Shown here: positions 10,017 to 22,149 of the stretch, piece after piece
Numbering within the stretch: position 1 is the first letter of the stretch
How the letters are laid out: each line of letters starts with the position of its first letter
Origin: Selaginella moellendorffii
Lineage: Eukaryota > Plantae > Lycopodiophyta
Reading direction: 5' to 3'
NCBI RefSeq assembly: GCF_000143415.4
Contig: NW_003314301.1
Coordinates: 1,294,981 to 1,358,980, forward strand
Length of the DNA: 64,000 bases
Notes under the pieces: model-generated
What the model was told of the DNA's origin: nothing
Database searches by the model: none
Seen by the model: the letters and a program-made list of their open reading frames with translations, nothing else
Made by a program: the position numbers and the translations under genes

Positions 10017-12614
10017 ATGGCGCGTTGTCGCGCAGCTCGGTCGGAGGCGCTGCCAAAGGAGTTTGGAGGGATGGAAGACCGAAAACGCGAGATTTCTCGT
10101 CTTCTCCAGGCATTGAAGGTGTGTAGCAAAGCCCGGGATCTGGAAGCTGGGCGAAAGATCCACGCACAAGCGATCCAGGGCGGCATTGCCCCGGATCCTT
10201 TCGTCGCGAGCAGCTTGATTCATATGTATTCCAGGTGTGGCAGCACGGAGGACGCATCGGCCGTGTTCTTCGATCTCACTCCACCGCAATGCCGCGACGT
10301 AGTTTCTTGGACGGCTCTCATGCTGGGATTCGTGGACAACGGCCAGGGCGAGCGTGCGATCGAGCTATTCGGTGAGATGATCCAGCAGCAATGCCGGCCA
10401 GACGCTCAAGCTTTCGTGGCAGCGATCAAAGCGTGCTCTAGCATCGCAGAGAAGGGAAATTACGGGAGGAACACTGATAGAGGGAAGCTGCCAGATCCTC
10501 TGGAGGTTGGAATGGCTCTCCATTCTCATGCCGCTAAGAATGGGCTCGTGAAGAACAACGTGTTCGTCGCCAACGCTCTGGTGGATATGTACGCGAGGTG
10601 TGGGAGCGTGGCGGATGCTAGCAGGACCTTTCACGGCATTGCTCGTCGCGATGTGGTGGCTTGGACGTCGTTGGTTCTGGGATTTGCCGAGAGAAAAGAC
10701 GGTGGCCAGGAAGCTCTACAGATCTTTTCTCGGATGATCGAGTCTGGGGAGTGCGAGCCGGATGCTCGCAGCTTTGTTGCTGCGCTAAAGGCTGTGGCGA
10801 ATCTAGCAGCACTAGAAGAGAACAAAGGTGGCGGGCAGGCTAGAAGCGAGGTGAATTTTCGGTGCCTGGAGAAAGCAATGGCGCTTCACTCCGAGGCCGC
10901 GAGGAGACGATGCCTGGATACATTCGTGGCCAACACGCTCATCGACGTCTACGCCAAGTGTGGGAGCTTGGGCTTGGCTCGCAGCGTTTTTGAGAGCTTG
11001 TCCCGGACGAGCTCTCAGAAACGCTGGGAGGCAGGGTCGAGCTCCAGGAGCTTGGTGTCCTGGAACGCGATGATCCTGGCCTACGCCGAGAACAACGAGC
11101 CCGAGATGGCTCTGCTGCTCTTCACTCACCTGGATCATCCTCCCGACGCTCCGACTTTCACCGCGGCTTTCAAGGCCTGCGGGGGGCTGGCGAGAAGAGA
11201 AGCTCCCAAGAGCTTGAGCGATGGTGGTGCTGTGAAAGTCGCGGCACTCGAGAAGACCATGGCCGTGCATGCTCGAGCGGCGAAAGAGCGGTGGGACTCG
11301 CACGCTTTCATAGCCAGCAGCGCCATCGCCGTGTACGCCGAGTGTGGAGATATGGTGGACGCTCGCTGGAGCTTCAAGAAGATGGCAGTGAAAACTCTGG
11401 CCGCGAAGACGGCTCTGCTACAAGGATACGCCGACAACGGGCAGGGAGAGGCTGCTCTCGAGCTCCTCTCGCGCGAGTTCAAGCCGGACGACGACTCGTG
11501 CTCTTGCGTCGCCGCTCTCAAGGCTTGCTCGAGCTTGGGAGCTCTACAGGCCGGGAAAGCCATCCACGGAGACATCTCCCGGCGTGGATTCGACTCCAAC
11601 GCGGTGGTGGCAACTTCTCTGGTGGATTTCTACGGGAAGTGCGGGAGCATGGTGGATGCCCAGCTGGTTTTCGACTCCACGATCAGCGAGAACAAGGATT
11701 TCGCAACTTGGAGCTCTCTAGTAGCAGGCTACGGCAGGCAAGGTGACAGTGAGCGAGTCTATAGCTTGGTGGACAGGATCCAGGAAGAACAGGGACAGCA
11801 TCCTTGCGAAGTTACGTTCTTGTGCGTTCTCAACGCTTGCAGCCACGCTGGTCACGTCGACAAAGGCAAGAGCTACTTCGCAGCAATGTCGTCCAAGTAT
11901 GGGATCACTCCCGGAATTGAGCACTATCACTGCATGGTCGATCTGCTGGGAAGAGCAAACCGGCTAGACGAGGCTCTCGAGACAATAACAGCGATGCCTT
12001 GGAGAGCGGACGTGGTTACATGGACGACGCTGCTGGGAGCGTGCCGGAAATGGAAGAACTCGCGAGTCGGGAAGATAGCTTTCGAGGAACTTGTGCGCCT
12101 GGACGAGAAGAAAGCCGCGGCATATCTCCTCATGGCGGGCATCGCCGGGGAAGAGATGGAGCTCTCGAGAGGAAGTTCTTCGAGAGCTCAAAGCTGGTGG
12201 ACGGACGAGGAGGGGGTGGTGCACAGATTCGTGGCCGGAGACTTTTATAGCCCAGGAAACTCGAGCTTCGTCAAGAAGCTCAAGGAGATCCCAGGAGCTC
12301 CTCCACTCTCGGACAAGCTTTGTGGACACAGCGAAAGGCTGGCTGCGGCGTGTGGAGTCGTGAGGAGCAGCGCTCATCCAGGTAGCGTGATTCGCATTGT
12401 AAAGACTCACGAGAATGTTTGCCGCGAGTGTCACAGGATCATCGCAGCTCTGTCACTGCTCGAAGCTCGAGTGATCGAGTGCGTAGATCCCGCTGGCTTT
12501 CACGCCTTTGATAATGGAAGAAGCACTTTCCATCGCCAAACTCGCCGATCACCACGAGCACTCGCTTACAGCGATCTAAAAGCAGTGCGCTTTTCTCGAG
12601 TGAGAGGCATTTAA
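10017..12614 (+). CDS. PLS-class PPR protein with E domain and aberrant DYW:WW-type deaminase domain (organellar RNA-editing factor family), intronless
   Basis: PLS motifs (FVASSLIHMYSRCGS, DVVSWTALMLGF, EHYHCMVDLLGRANRLDEA, VTWTTLLGACRKW); QSWWTDEEGVVHRFVAGD; LCGHSERLA...VCRECH; no terminal CSCxDYW. Confidence 0.92.
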   Translation: MARCRAARSEALPKEFGGMEDRKREISRLLQALKVCSKARDLEAGRKIHAQAIQGGIAPDPFVASSLIHMYSRCGSTEDASAVFFDLTPPQCRDVVSWTALMLGFVDNGQGERAIELFGEMIQQQCRPDAQAFVAAIKACSSIAEKGNYGRNTDRGKLPDPLEVGMALHSHAAKNGLVKNNVFVANALVDMYARCGSVADASRTFHGIARRDVVAWTSLVLGFAERKDGGQEALQIFSRMIESGECEPDARSFVAALKAVANLAALEENKGGGQARSEVNFRCLEKAMALHSEAARRRCLDTFVANTLIDVYAKCGSLGLARSVFESLSRTSSQKRWEAGSSSRSLVSWNAMILAYAENNEPEMALLLFTHLDHPPDAPTFTAAFKACGGLARREAPKSLSDGGAVKVAALEKTMAVHARAAKERWDSHAFIASSAIAVYAECGDMVDARWSFKKMAVKTLAAKTALLQGYADNGQGEAALELLSREFKPDDDSCSCVAALKACSSLGALQAGKAIHGDISRRGFDSNAVVATSLVDFYGKCGSMVDAQLVFDSTISENKDFATWSSLVAGYGRQGDSERVYSLVDRIQEEQGQHPCEVTFLCVLNACSHAGHVDKGKSYFAAMSSKYGITPGIEHYHCMVDLLGRANRLDEALETITAMPWRADVVTWTTLLGACRKWKNSRVGKIAFEELVRLDEKKAAAYLLMAGIAGEEMELSRGSSSRAQSWWTDEEGVVHRFVAGDFYSPGNSSFVKKLKEIPGAPPLSDKLCGHSERLAAACGVVRSSAHPGSVIRIVKTHENVCRECHRIIAALSLLEARVIECVDPAGFHAFDNGRSTFHRQTRRSPRALAYSDLKAVRFSRVRGI

Positions 12615-13170
12615 GGAGAAAGAAAACCATCGCTCATCTTTCATTGGTTCTCCATTTTTCCCGATCAACGAGCGTGCTCTGGACAAAATCTTTCCTTTTC
12701 TTCTTTTTCTTCCTCCTGTCGAGCTCTGCTACCCCCAAAGAAAAAAAATTCCTATTCTCCTCCCTTCTCCACCGCCATTTCTTCATAATCCCAGACCAAC
12801 ACTTCTTTTTCTTCTCCTTTCACCTTGAGAAATCTTCTTCCCATTCCATGCTTACTGTTATTCCTTCCTGTCTTTAAAATCACCGAGGGGCTAGTCCCAA
12901 GCCAAGCCACCATCTCTGTCCACCACCAATCCGATCACCCTCTACTCCAATCCCTGTGTCGTCAGCCGGAGTAGAGGAAAAAAAAATGTACAGACTAATA
13001 GAAAAGCTCCCAAACTTCCAAGTGCCACCGCTTCTTCTGAGCCTGTTCTAGTTTTCCTCCTCTTTTTTCCCTGTTCTTTCACCCGTGTCCCTGTCTCTGT
13101 TCCATTAGTTTTTTTTTTTTTTTTCCTTGCCTGTCTTTCCTGCTGTGCCTCTTCTTCGTCTTGATCGTCT

Positions 13171-14903
13171 CTACAAATGGTTGTGGACGATGAAACCTGG
13201 TGGTGCTCCGGAGAGCCTGCTCGCTCCAACTTCTAAGCTCTTGCCATTCCCGGCCATGGTGCAGCTGGAACGCAGCACCGGACTGTCAGTCTTCTCGACA
13301 AACTTTACAAAGGAGTAATCGAGGACGTCTGCTGCCGCCGAGGAGCCCAGATCCTGGACTGACCCCGCGCTTGCTCGCCTCACATGTTTCGTTGTTGTTG
13401 TTGTTGTTGTTGTCGTCGTCTCTACATTATTTCCTGCTGCCGAAGAAGCTAAAGCCAGCTGCTGCCTAAGTCGTTGCTGCTGCTGCTTCAAGAATCTCAA
13501 CCTCTGGATCTCTTTCTTCAGGGCCTCGTTGTGAGCTGTAAAGCGAAAAAAGAAAAAGAGTGAAAGTTAAACAACGACAGGCCAGAAAATATAGGAAAGG
13601 AGATTTTGCAAAGTGGTGGCTGCTTTACCATCTTTAATCCGGGCATCCTGAGCCAGACCAGCAACGTTCTGCTTGAGGGCTGCGTTGTCCAAGTGAAGCG
13701 CCAGGCGCTGGTGCTCGAGCAGTGCCACTTGTGTCGACAGCCCAGACACCTCATTCTGGAGAAAAGAAAAGCAAAACATTAAACGAATGATTGATTACAA
13801 GTGCTTCAGCACAAAGCTGCACACAGCGGTACCTGTAAGTCACTGACGTTACCCTCCAGCTCATGAATGTATTGAAGTTTTCGCACTCTGGAGCGCTGGG
13901 CTGATTGCCTGTCCCGCAGAAAAGAAAAACAGAAACAACAACCATTAGAATGATAGCCAGAAAAATCCTAGAAACCAACCAGAGAGAAAAGAAAACCACA
14001 CAGATAAATCTTAGAAAGCAAGCACATATAAAATCGAGAAGCAAACACAACCATAGTAGCTAGCAAAACGAGAAACAAAGAGAAGGAACAGAGTTATTAC
14101 CACCTTAAAGCCAACGATAAAAACCAAACACAAAGGTAAAATGAGAAAAACGAGAAGGAAAAAAACAATCAGACAAAACGAAATGAGCTAGTGTCCTGAA
14201 AAATACGAACAAAGAGAAGAGAAAGCCACAGTTAGTATGACACAGGTCCTAGAGGAGGAACAGACCACCACCGAAGTGCCCAGCCTACCAGCAAAAGGAA
14301 GCCAAAAAAAAAAAAAGCTATCTAAACAATATCTTACCTCTTGGAGCGCTTGGAATCAGCGCTCTGATCGCCCTGGAGCTGTGACTGCTCGTTGTCATGC
14401 TGCTGCTCGGCGTCATTCCCCATCCTTGATCCACCAACGTAGCTCAAATCTCCAGGAAAAGTCCGGAAGGGATGAGGAGCTCTTCGATCTTGCTGAGACC
14501 ATCCTCCATCGGATATCTGGACGACGTCGCTAAACATGGCCGCGAGCTGCTGTTCTTCCCGATCGAAGTAGCACTCGTCCTCCTCGGCAATGTCATCGAT
14601 CTTTCGGAGGTTGGATGGAGCCTCCAAGAAGGTGATGCTGTCGCTGGCGGATCGCCTGTGAGACGCGCGCGACGGCCTCTCGGGCGCCTTGGGCGAATCG
14701 AGCAGCTCCTCGAGCCAAGAGGGCTCCACGTCCGGGACAAAGCTCGCGGATGGGCTCCGGCGATGGTGATGCGCCACAGCCGCGGCGCCATAGCCAGGAA
14801 CTCTAACCACGCATCCAGGGTAGGGCGGCCCAACGCACGGCTGGGACGACGAAGTAGAGGATGGAATCGCTGGACTCTTCGGCGGGAGGTGATTGAGCGC
14901 CAT
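13171..14903 (-). CDS. bZIP transcription factor, group E-related atypical type, 4 exons
   Basis: MALNHLPPKSP start; HHRRSPS, PSWLEELL, HRRSASDS motifs; spliced basic region KRSKRQSAQRSRVRKLQYIHELE; zipper exons 13629-13757 and 13537-13171. Confidence 0.88.
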
Positions 14904-15544
14904 GGAATGCCCCCAGTTTACACACCTTGAGGAGGATTTGTCGCTTCGCCCGAGCTGCGAGCTCGACATTCTTCGCTGCGATGGAGTGGATTGATCGATC
15001 CCTGGACGATAAAAGAAGGAAAAAGCATGCAATCCCGGGAATCGCCGAGCTCCACCGAGCAAGATCTAGGGTCCACAATCCAGATCTAGAGCTGTGGATC
15101 CCTCCTTGGCGCTAACCCTAGAAATTTCTCCAGTGAGGCCGCAGCCATCGTCTACTCCCTCTCTCTCTCTCTTCTCTTGTTCTTTAATGTGTAATTTCAA
15201 GTATAAAGGACGTCACGGGGTAAATTCCGCGATGGATGGTTGCGATTCGTAGTTTTCGAAAGAACGGTCAGGATTTGGTGAAACCCACGAGATGATGACT
15301 GGCTGGGATGAAATGCCTGGCAGCAGACGGCTAAGATCTGATGTAAATTTCCTGTCAACAGCTGGATCCTAGACGATGTATGTGGCGGAGTTTACATTAA
15401 TCCAGTTGTTAAGTGGCAATGATAATGATGAATTTGTCCGTGATACAAACATACCATGTGAATGTGGGTAGATCATGCTGATTAAAAATTAAGTGTACAT
15501 ACTATTTGATTTTAGGGCAAAGTTCCAGCTAGGGTTTTGGGCTC

Positions 15545-17488
15545 ATGGAAGAGAATGCGAGGCGGTGGAGGGGAAATTTGCGCGCGATGAAAGAGCGAGT
15601 GAGGGATCGCCTCTGCGCAGCGCAAGCACACAGTTCTCTCAGGCAATCGCAGCAAAGATCCGGTGTGGTGCGTGGAGCAGCGCTTGGCAGGGCCAGGACG
15701 GGGTTCGTAGTCGCCAGGGTATTCAAGGGAAACGTCGTGTTTGCGCGGGTTGCCAAGAATCTGCGGCAGCGACAGCGGGCGTGGAGGAAAATCTCGATCG
15801 CCGATCGCATTCCAAGCTTCCGGAATCTCATCGCTGGAGCTTTCGGTGGAGCGATTCTTGTCGGTGGCTCCTCCGCTCACGCCGAAGCGCATGAAGCTCC
15901 ACAGGGGTTCTTGGAAGAGCTGGCCACCAGAAGAAAATTCTTCAAAGGTGAGTGGAAACTTTCTCTACACAGTCCTTAACTTTTGGACAGGCCGGGGCGC
16001 TGCAACTATCGACGATGATCTAAAGAAGAAAATTTCCGAGGACTCTCCAACCGTCCGTGTTCTTCGTGCCATAGCTGTTCCAGTTCTCGCAAATGTTTGC
16101 CATGTTTTCATGCATGGACTTAACCACACTGAGGTTTGTGGCTCGTCTCTTCTCTCGATTTTTTTCTGCCACTTACTTCTAGCAAACAGGTCTATGGCTT
16201 GGAGAAGCTTGAGAAAGCACTTCTACATCGCCCCCAAAGCACGGGTCTACTAACGGTGAGCTTCTCTTTTCATTTCTCTTCTGTTCTCTGGTATGATGTT
16301 CTAACGCAGTTTTTACTTTCGTGTAGCTGAGCAATCACGTTGCCGCAATGGATGATCCTTTGGTCACAGCTTCTTTACTATCGCCTCAGATTCTGCTTCA
16401 TGAAAGGATGCTAAGATGGACGTTGTGCGCTACTGACCGATGTTTCACGTCCGTGCCCAAGTCTATCTTCTTTACGTCTTTGAAGGTGCTGCCAGTTTCT
16501 CGCGGCAAAGGCATTTACCAGGAGGTATACTTTTTTCTTGTCTCTGCAACCTTTGGAAAGTCCACTGACGCGTAGTAAATTTTCTTACAGGGCATGGACC
16601 TTGCGCTGGAGAAACTCAACCACGGAGATTGGGTACACATTTTCCCCGAAGGCAGTCGATCTCGAGATGGTGGGAAAACCTTGGGAAATGTGAAACGAGG
16701 GGTTGGGAGGTGATCTTGTGTGAGCTTTTTCTTACTTGCTGCGAGCTATCTAATGCCCCTTGTTTTGTGTGATGAAGGCTAGTCATGGATGCGAAGGAGA
16801 CGCCTGTGATCATCCCTTTCATGCACGAAGGCATGCAAGAAGTTTTGCCGATTGGTAGCAAGTTCCCGCACATCTGCAAGAAGGTATTTGTCTCGTCTCG
16901 TGTTCGTGTTCCTTCACAGAGCTTTCTTTGCAGGTGACTGTTCTTGTGGGAGATCCAATTCTCGTGGACGATTTGCTTGCCAGATGCAAGGACCAAGAAC
17001 TCACAACCGATGCTCTCTACGACGCCGTCGCGCAGCGCGTGGAAGAGAGAATGCGGGGGATGAAAGGCGAGCTACAGCAGCTGGTGGCGAACGAGAGACT
17101 AGCCCGCGAGAGAGATCGCAAGCTCTATCTGGCTCGGCGAGCGAGCGGGATCTGGGAGCACGTCGATTGGGAAATGGAAGGCTTTTCACTCCACAGCGAC
17201 GACGAGACGATCGATCACTCCCATCAGCAGCAGCAGCGCGAATTCTCCGAGATCTCTTCCGGCGACGCAGCAAAAACGAGCTGGATGGATCATCCAATCC
17301 ATTCCAGCGATCGCGCGCTGGATTCTTCGCCAAGCATCGCGGCGAGATTGAGAGCTTTCGGCGATCCAGCAGCGATGGTTAGCTTCGCGGCACGCGGCAT
17401 CGCCTGGAACTGGAAGACGCGCGAGTTCAAATATGGTGTCGGCACGTGGACGGCCAGATTGTGTGGAAATCAAGGGCTGGGATTGTAG
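15545..17488 (+). CDS. TAZ: Tafazzin-like phospholipid acyltransferase, multi-exon
   Basis: [10 protein letters not shown] (HxxxxD), [40 protein letters not shown]; introns with GT-AG ends. Confidence 0.9.
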
Positions 17489-17715
17489 AGGTTCTCGGGC
17501 TTGGGTTTGTGGCGTAGGGTTTGAGCGTTTGTGTTTTATAGCGAGCGAGCTGGTTTGGCGTCGCCAAGGGTTCTAGGCGCTCATATCTCTTCACCGGTTT
17601 GCCACACACAGCCGCAAAGGTACGCGCCTCCAATCCACCGATTTGCGGCGTGCTAGGGCGCCGCCGCGAGGCATTTCTGGAGATTTCTCACTCATTTGCC
17701 GCGGGATTTTGCCAG

Positions 17716-18628
17716 ATGAATCGAGAGAAGCTGATGAAGATGGCTAGTGCTGTGCGCACCGGTGGAAAGGGCACAGTGAGGAGGTATTTCGGCGGCATTG
17801 GTGATTTCGTTGTTTGAGCTGATGGATTTTTGTTTTCTGGCGCAGGAAGAAAAAGGCTGTACATAAGACGACGACGACCGACGATAAGCGTCTCCAGAAC
17901 ACGCTCAAGAGGCTGGGCGTGAACACCATTCCCGGAATCGAGGAAGTTAACATCTTCAAGGACGACATTGTTCTTCACTTTGTCAGTCCCAAAGGTTTGG
18001 AACCATTTTTTTTCCTCCATTTTCTTCCAGGCTTTTTTTTTTCTTAGATCCGATCGACCAACCTTTTTTTTCTTCATTACTTCTTTTCACCTTGTTAAAT
18101 TCTTCCAATTCTCCATTCCCATCGATTAAGTTCTTCCAGTGTTCTCTTTTCCATTCTTGTTAGTCGAACAAGTTCTTCCAATGTTTACTGACGCTCTCAT
18201 GTTTTACAGTCCAAGCCTCGATAGCTGCTAACACTTGGGTCGTGAGCGGACCCGTCCAGACAAAGAGTAAGCTCCAGAGAAAGTATCAAAGTGTTTAGCT
18301 AATCCTTTTTTCGATCGATCGCCAGAGCTCACGGAACTGCTGCCTGGTATCATCAACCAGCTCGGTAAGTTTTGGCCATTGTTCTCGCTTGGATTTGTAT
18401 TGATGTTTTGCGATCGAATCAATCCAATCGACTGCAGGTTTCTCGGGGCCGGATAACTTGGAGAACTTGAAGAAGATCGCGCAACAATTCAAGCGGCAAG
18501 AGAGTGGCGGCGGCGGAGCTCCGCTTGGCACCATCGAGGACGACGAGGATGTTCCCGACCTTGTTCCTGGCGAAACTTTCGAAAAGCCTGCCGCCAATCC
18601 TCCCGAAGAGGTTGTGGCAACCGCGTGA
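17716..18628 (+). CDS. BTF3: Nascent polypeptide-associated complex beta subunit / BTF3, multi-exon
   Basis: [61 protein letters not shown]...[14 protein letters not shown]...DDEDVPDLV; TGA at 18626-18628. Confidence 0.95.
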
Positions 18629-18841
18629 TACTAGCAGAGAATATTCTTGCTATGTACTTGTAGCCCCTAGGGCATATTCTCCTTTTTTTCTATTTTCCTA
18701 TCACGCGTCACATATTATTTTTAGGATTTATTAATCTAGCCTATCCGGTCGCACACGTGGCGCGAATCCGAGAGCTTTCTTTTTTTTGAGAACCCTAGCT
18801 CCAGGGCGAGGACTTTTGGAGGAGAGGTCCGAGCGAAAGCG

Positions 18842-19589
18842 ATGGCGGCGATTTTCAACAAGCTCTCTACGATTTTCAGCAGTGATGATACGCTGCCCTG
18901 GACAGATCGCGAGATGATCAGTGTAAGCTTCGATTTTCGGGAGAATTTGATGGATGCTTTGGAGCAGAGATGCGAGAGCGAGGTCGCCAAGGAAGGAGCT
19001 GGAATTACGCCGGAAAAGGATCGCAACGAGAGCCTGATGCGCCTCGCCTGGGCGCTCGTCCACTCGAGAGAGCCGTCTAATGTTCTTCGAGGCATTGCGA
19101 TGCTGGAAGGTCTGTGATGTTCTTTGTGGATTTCTAGCAAGAATTTAGCTCGAGAGAATTTACAAACAGCTGCGTTTGATAAGAAGGCTGGACCGCTCCA
19201 AACGCGAGAGATTCTCTACTTACTGGCTGTTGGCCACTACAGGAATGGTGACTACGTCAAGAGCCGGCGATTGGTCGAGCAAGCTCTCGAGGTAAACTTT
19301 CTCGTTCTCCTTGCAAGTTGTTTAAATCCTTTTCATTCCTCGTCTCTCTCTCACAATTGAAAGCTGTGTTTCTTCACAGATTGCTCCCGATTTTCGCCAA
19401 GCTTTGATGTTGAGGTCTCTGATCGAAGACAAGATCGCAAAAGGTTAGAGCTTGTACTGGCTTTTCAAAGTGAGAAGTTAATTCTTGGTATGTTTCTCAG
19501 ATGGAATTATCGGGGTGGGAATTGCGGCAGCGGCCGTGGGACTGGTTGCGAGCGGGGTGGCTTGTGTAGTGGCCGCCAGGAAGCGATAA
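18842..19589 (+). CDS. FIS1: Mitochondrial/peroxisomal fission protein FIS1, multi-exon
   Basis: LPWTD, ESLMRLAWALVHSREPSNVLRGIAMLE, REILYLLAVGHYRNGDY, IAPDFRQA, C-terminal TM GIIGVGIAAAAVGLVASG...RKR-TAA. Confidence 0.95.
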
Positions 19590-21012
19590 CTTCGGACAAG
19601 GCCCCGTTATAATTGTGGTAACGTTTTTTGTGTAAAGTGTATGCATACCAGATCCAATTCTATTTTACTTGAAGCACGGAGTGTCTTAGACGTCTTTGAA
19701 TTCTATTCTAAGAGCCTGTTGTGATTTCTCCGAGCGGGAGGACGCATCAAACCTAGCGGCAGTCTGAAAGTGGTGAGAGCAGAATCTTTTTAAAAACTTA
19801 CAATAAAAAAGAATGTGAAATAAAATTATATTTATAATTTTAATATTTTTAGTTTTTAAATGTTTTGAATGTGTATCTTAAAGAAAATACATTTTTTATG
19901 GCTAAAATGTGACAATTGAATATAAATAGCAATTATCCAAGGGTCTTGATTATTAAAAATTTGATAATAATAACAATTTTAAAACTTTAAAATAAAAATT
20001 ATATTCTTTTAATGAAGAGAGTATTATAAGTTTAAATCTTAGTAATTCAACACTTTACATTCAAAGTTAAAATAAAATATATTGTAAGTTGAAATGCATA
20101 TTAAATAAAAGCTTTTGGTATTTGCAAATAAATTTTTTTATGTGGAAAACAAAAAAGTCATAAATTTCAATTTATAATCTTTTATTACCCAATTTACACT
20201 AACTTTCTTGAACATTTACTAAATTTTATATTAAGTATTTATCTTTTAAAAAGCTATTATTATTATTATTATTTATAAATCTTAAACAATGAGTGAAATT
20301 TTATTAGGATTTACTCTACTGGGAGTTGTTACCTCTCTATGACATGCAAAATTAGCCTCAAAATGTAATTTAAACAAATTTCACTATGAACCAAAAAGAA
20401 CTGAAGTGTAGAATGGTTTACACTAACACAAATAATAGTAATTTTGAAAATATTAAATTTAAATAAAACATTTAATAAAAATCAATTTTTTAAAATTTAA
20501 AAACATTATTTAAGAAATGAAAACTTTTAAAAGTATATATTTATTTGAGCATTGGAACTTGTTAAATGTACAAGAAAGTTGTAAGACTCCAAACAAATCA
20601 TTGTCAAGTCATGTGAAGAAGAAAAATATATCATATATTGCAAATGGCAAAAAGAAAAAGTAATATTCACCCAATTAATACAGTAAAAAATGGATGTCAC
20701 AATAATGCTTATTTCACCTTGAACACATTGAAACACTGAAGCTCATGTTCTTGAAGGATTGGAAGATAAAGGCTCCCTCAAATGGTGTCCAAGTATAAGA
20801 TCAATCCATTGGTTGAACATTGGGTGCCACATGAATAAGGTGGAAGAAGCGATGTCAAGGAGGGTGGAGGAAGTGGAGCAAGGCAAGCTCCATCGCTGTT
20901 CTTGGCGCATTAAAATCTGAATTTAAAAATGGAAGTTTTATGTTTTAACATGTTACAGAAATTTCTATTATTCTTTGGTTGTATTCTTACTGTTGTAAAT
21001 AGAACACATGTC

Positions 21013-22149
21013 TTATATCATGTCAAGATTATAGTAGCTCGGGTACCACGAGCTCATGTTGTTCCAGTTGACACCACGAGATCTTCTGAATGGATTGGCC
21101 ACACGACTCCAATCTCTGGATGCCAGCTTGAAACAAAACACGTCGTTGCAAGCGCTCAAATCGCCACTGGTGGAAACAAAAGCCACCAAAACAACGTTAC
21201 CCATCCCAAAAGCAAACCAGCTGCAGCCACCACCCTGCGCCATCAGCCCATGCACGTACTTGTCCGGCAATCTCGATACATCCTCCCAGTTCTCGTTGCT
21301 CTTGCAAGCGCAGAAAGGCTGCTCCAGATCCACGCGCCCCTGGGACATCCTTGTAGCACGGCAAGCGGGACAAGTTCCCATCTTAGTTCTTTTCTTGTTG
21401 GGAGTGTAGAGCCAGATCCTCACGCACCCTTCAAAGTGCAAACGCTTCTCCATGGAAACACACGCGAGAACGTCGTGCTCGAGCTGGAAGAAGCGGTACT
21501 TGACGCTCCCGGTGCTGGGAGGGAGATGAAAGCTGCGTCCTTTGACGGGCCTGGGGACACCAATTGCTCTTGGCAGAATGTGAGCTTCCAAAACGTCCAG
21601 CGCTTGCAGCGAGCAAGTGTCAAGAACGTGAGAGTACATCAGGCGTGTGGAGCACTCGAGCCTGATGCCCGAGTCGTGGTTGAATCGATCGCCCAGGTAG
21701 CACATCCCCGTCCACTCTTGCGCCGGGGGAGCGTCGTCCACTGCCTCGAGCTTGAGGCTCGAGTTTAGCTTGCACAGCCTGTGGGACATAGGCGTTGCAA
21801 TAACGAGAAACTCGGCGTCCAGTGATGGAGGCTCGATCTCTTTGGTGAAGCCAGTCACCGGATTCCAAGCGGATATAGTGTTGTCTGTCCGCTCCTTGAA
21901 GAAGAGGATTCCACCCGCGGCTCCACACAGATTACCTTTGATCTGGGACGGATATGGCAGCTTGTAGTTGACAAAGCGATCCCTCTCCATGTCCCAGACC
22001 TCCAAGACTCTGCCATCTTCGTACACCAGACCGTACCTCAGCCTGCTCAAGATCTCCACAATGTCATGCGGTTCTGGGACGTCCTGGCTTTGTAAGGAGC
22101 GTACCTCCGTGTGGGCTTTTTTTCTTCCTTTGCCATATACAAAAACCAA
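21013..22149 (-). pseudogene. Degenerate F-box/kelch-associated-type ORF with truncated F-box; possibly a pseudogene
   Basis: 378-codon intronless ORF opening at TTG with no in-frame ATG until codon ~54; F-box remnant PHDIVEILSRL; AAGGILFF...WNPVTGFTKEIEPP resembles plant F-box-associated propellers. Confidence 0.5.

Noticed and set aside
15545-19589. Functional mitochondrial cluster TAZ-BTF3-FIS1
   Set aside because: Close spacing is the norm in this window; there is no evidence of co-regulation without synteny data.
20690-20910. Possible F-box gene fragment (CSTNGLIL, minus strand)
   Set aside because: Too short and interrupted by stops to call.
20929-21768. 279-aa plus-strand ORF
   Set aside because: Antisense to the F-box-like ORF, no motifs.
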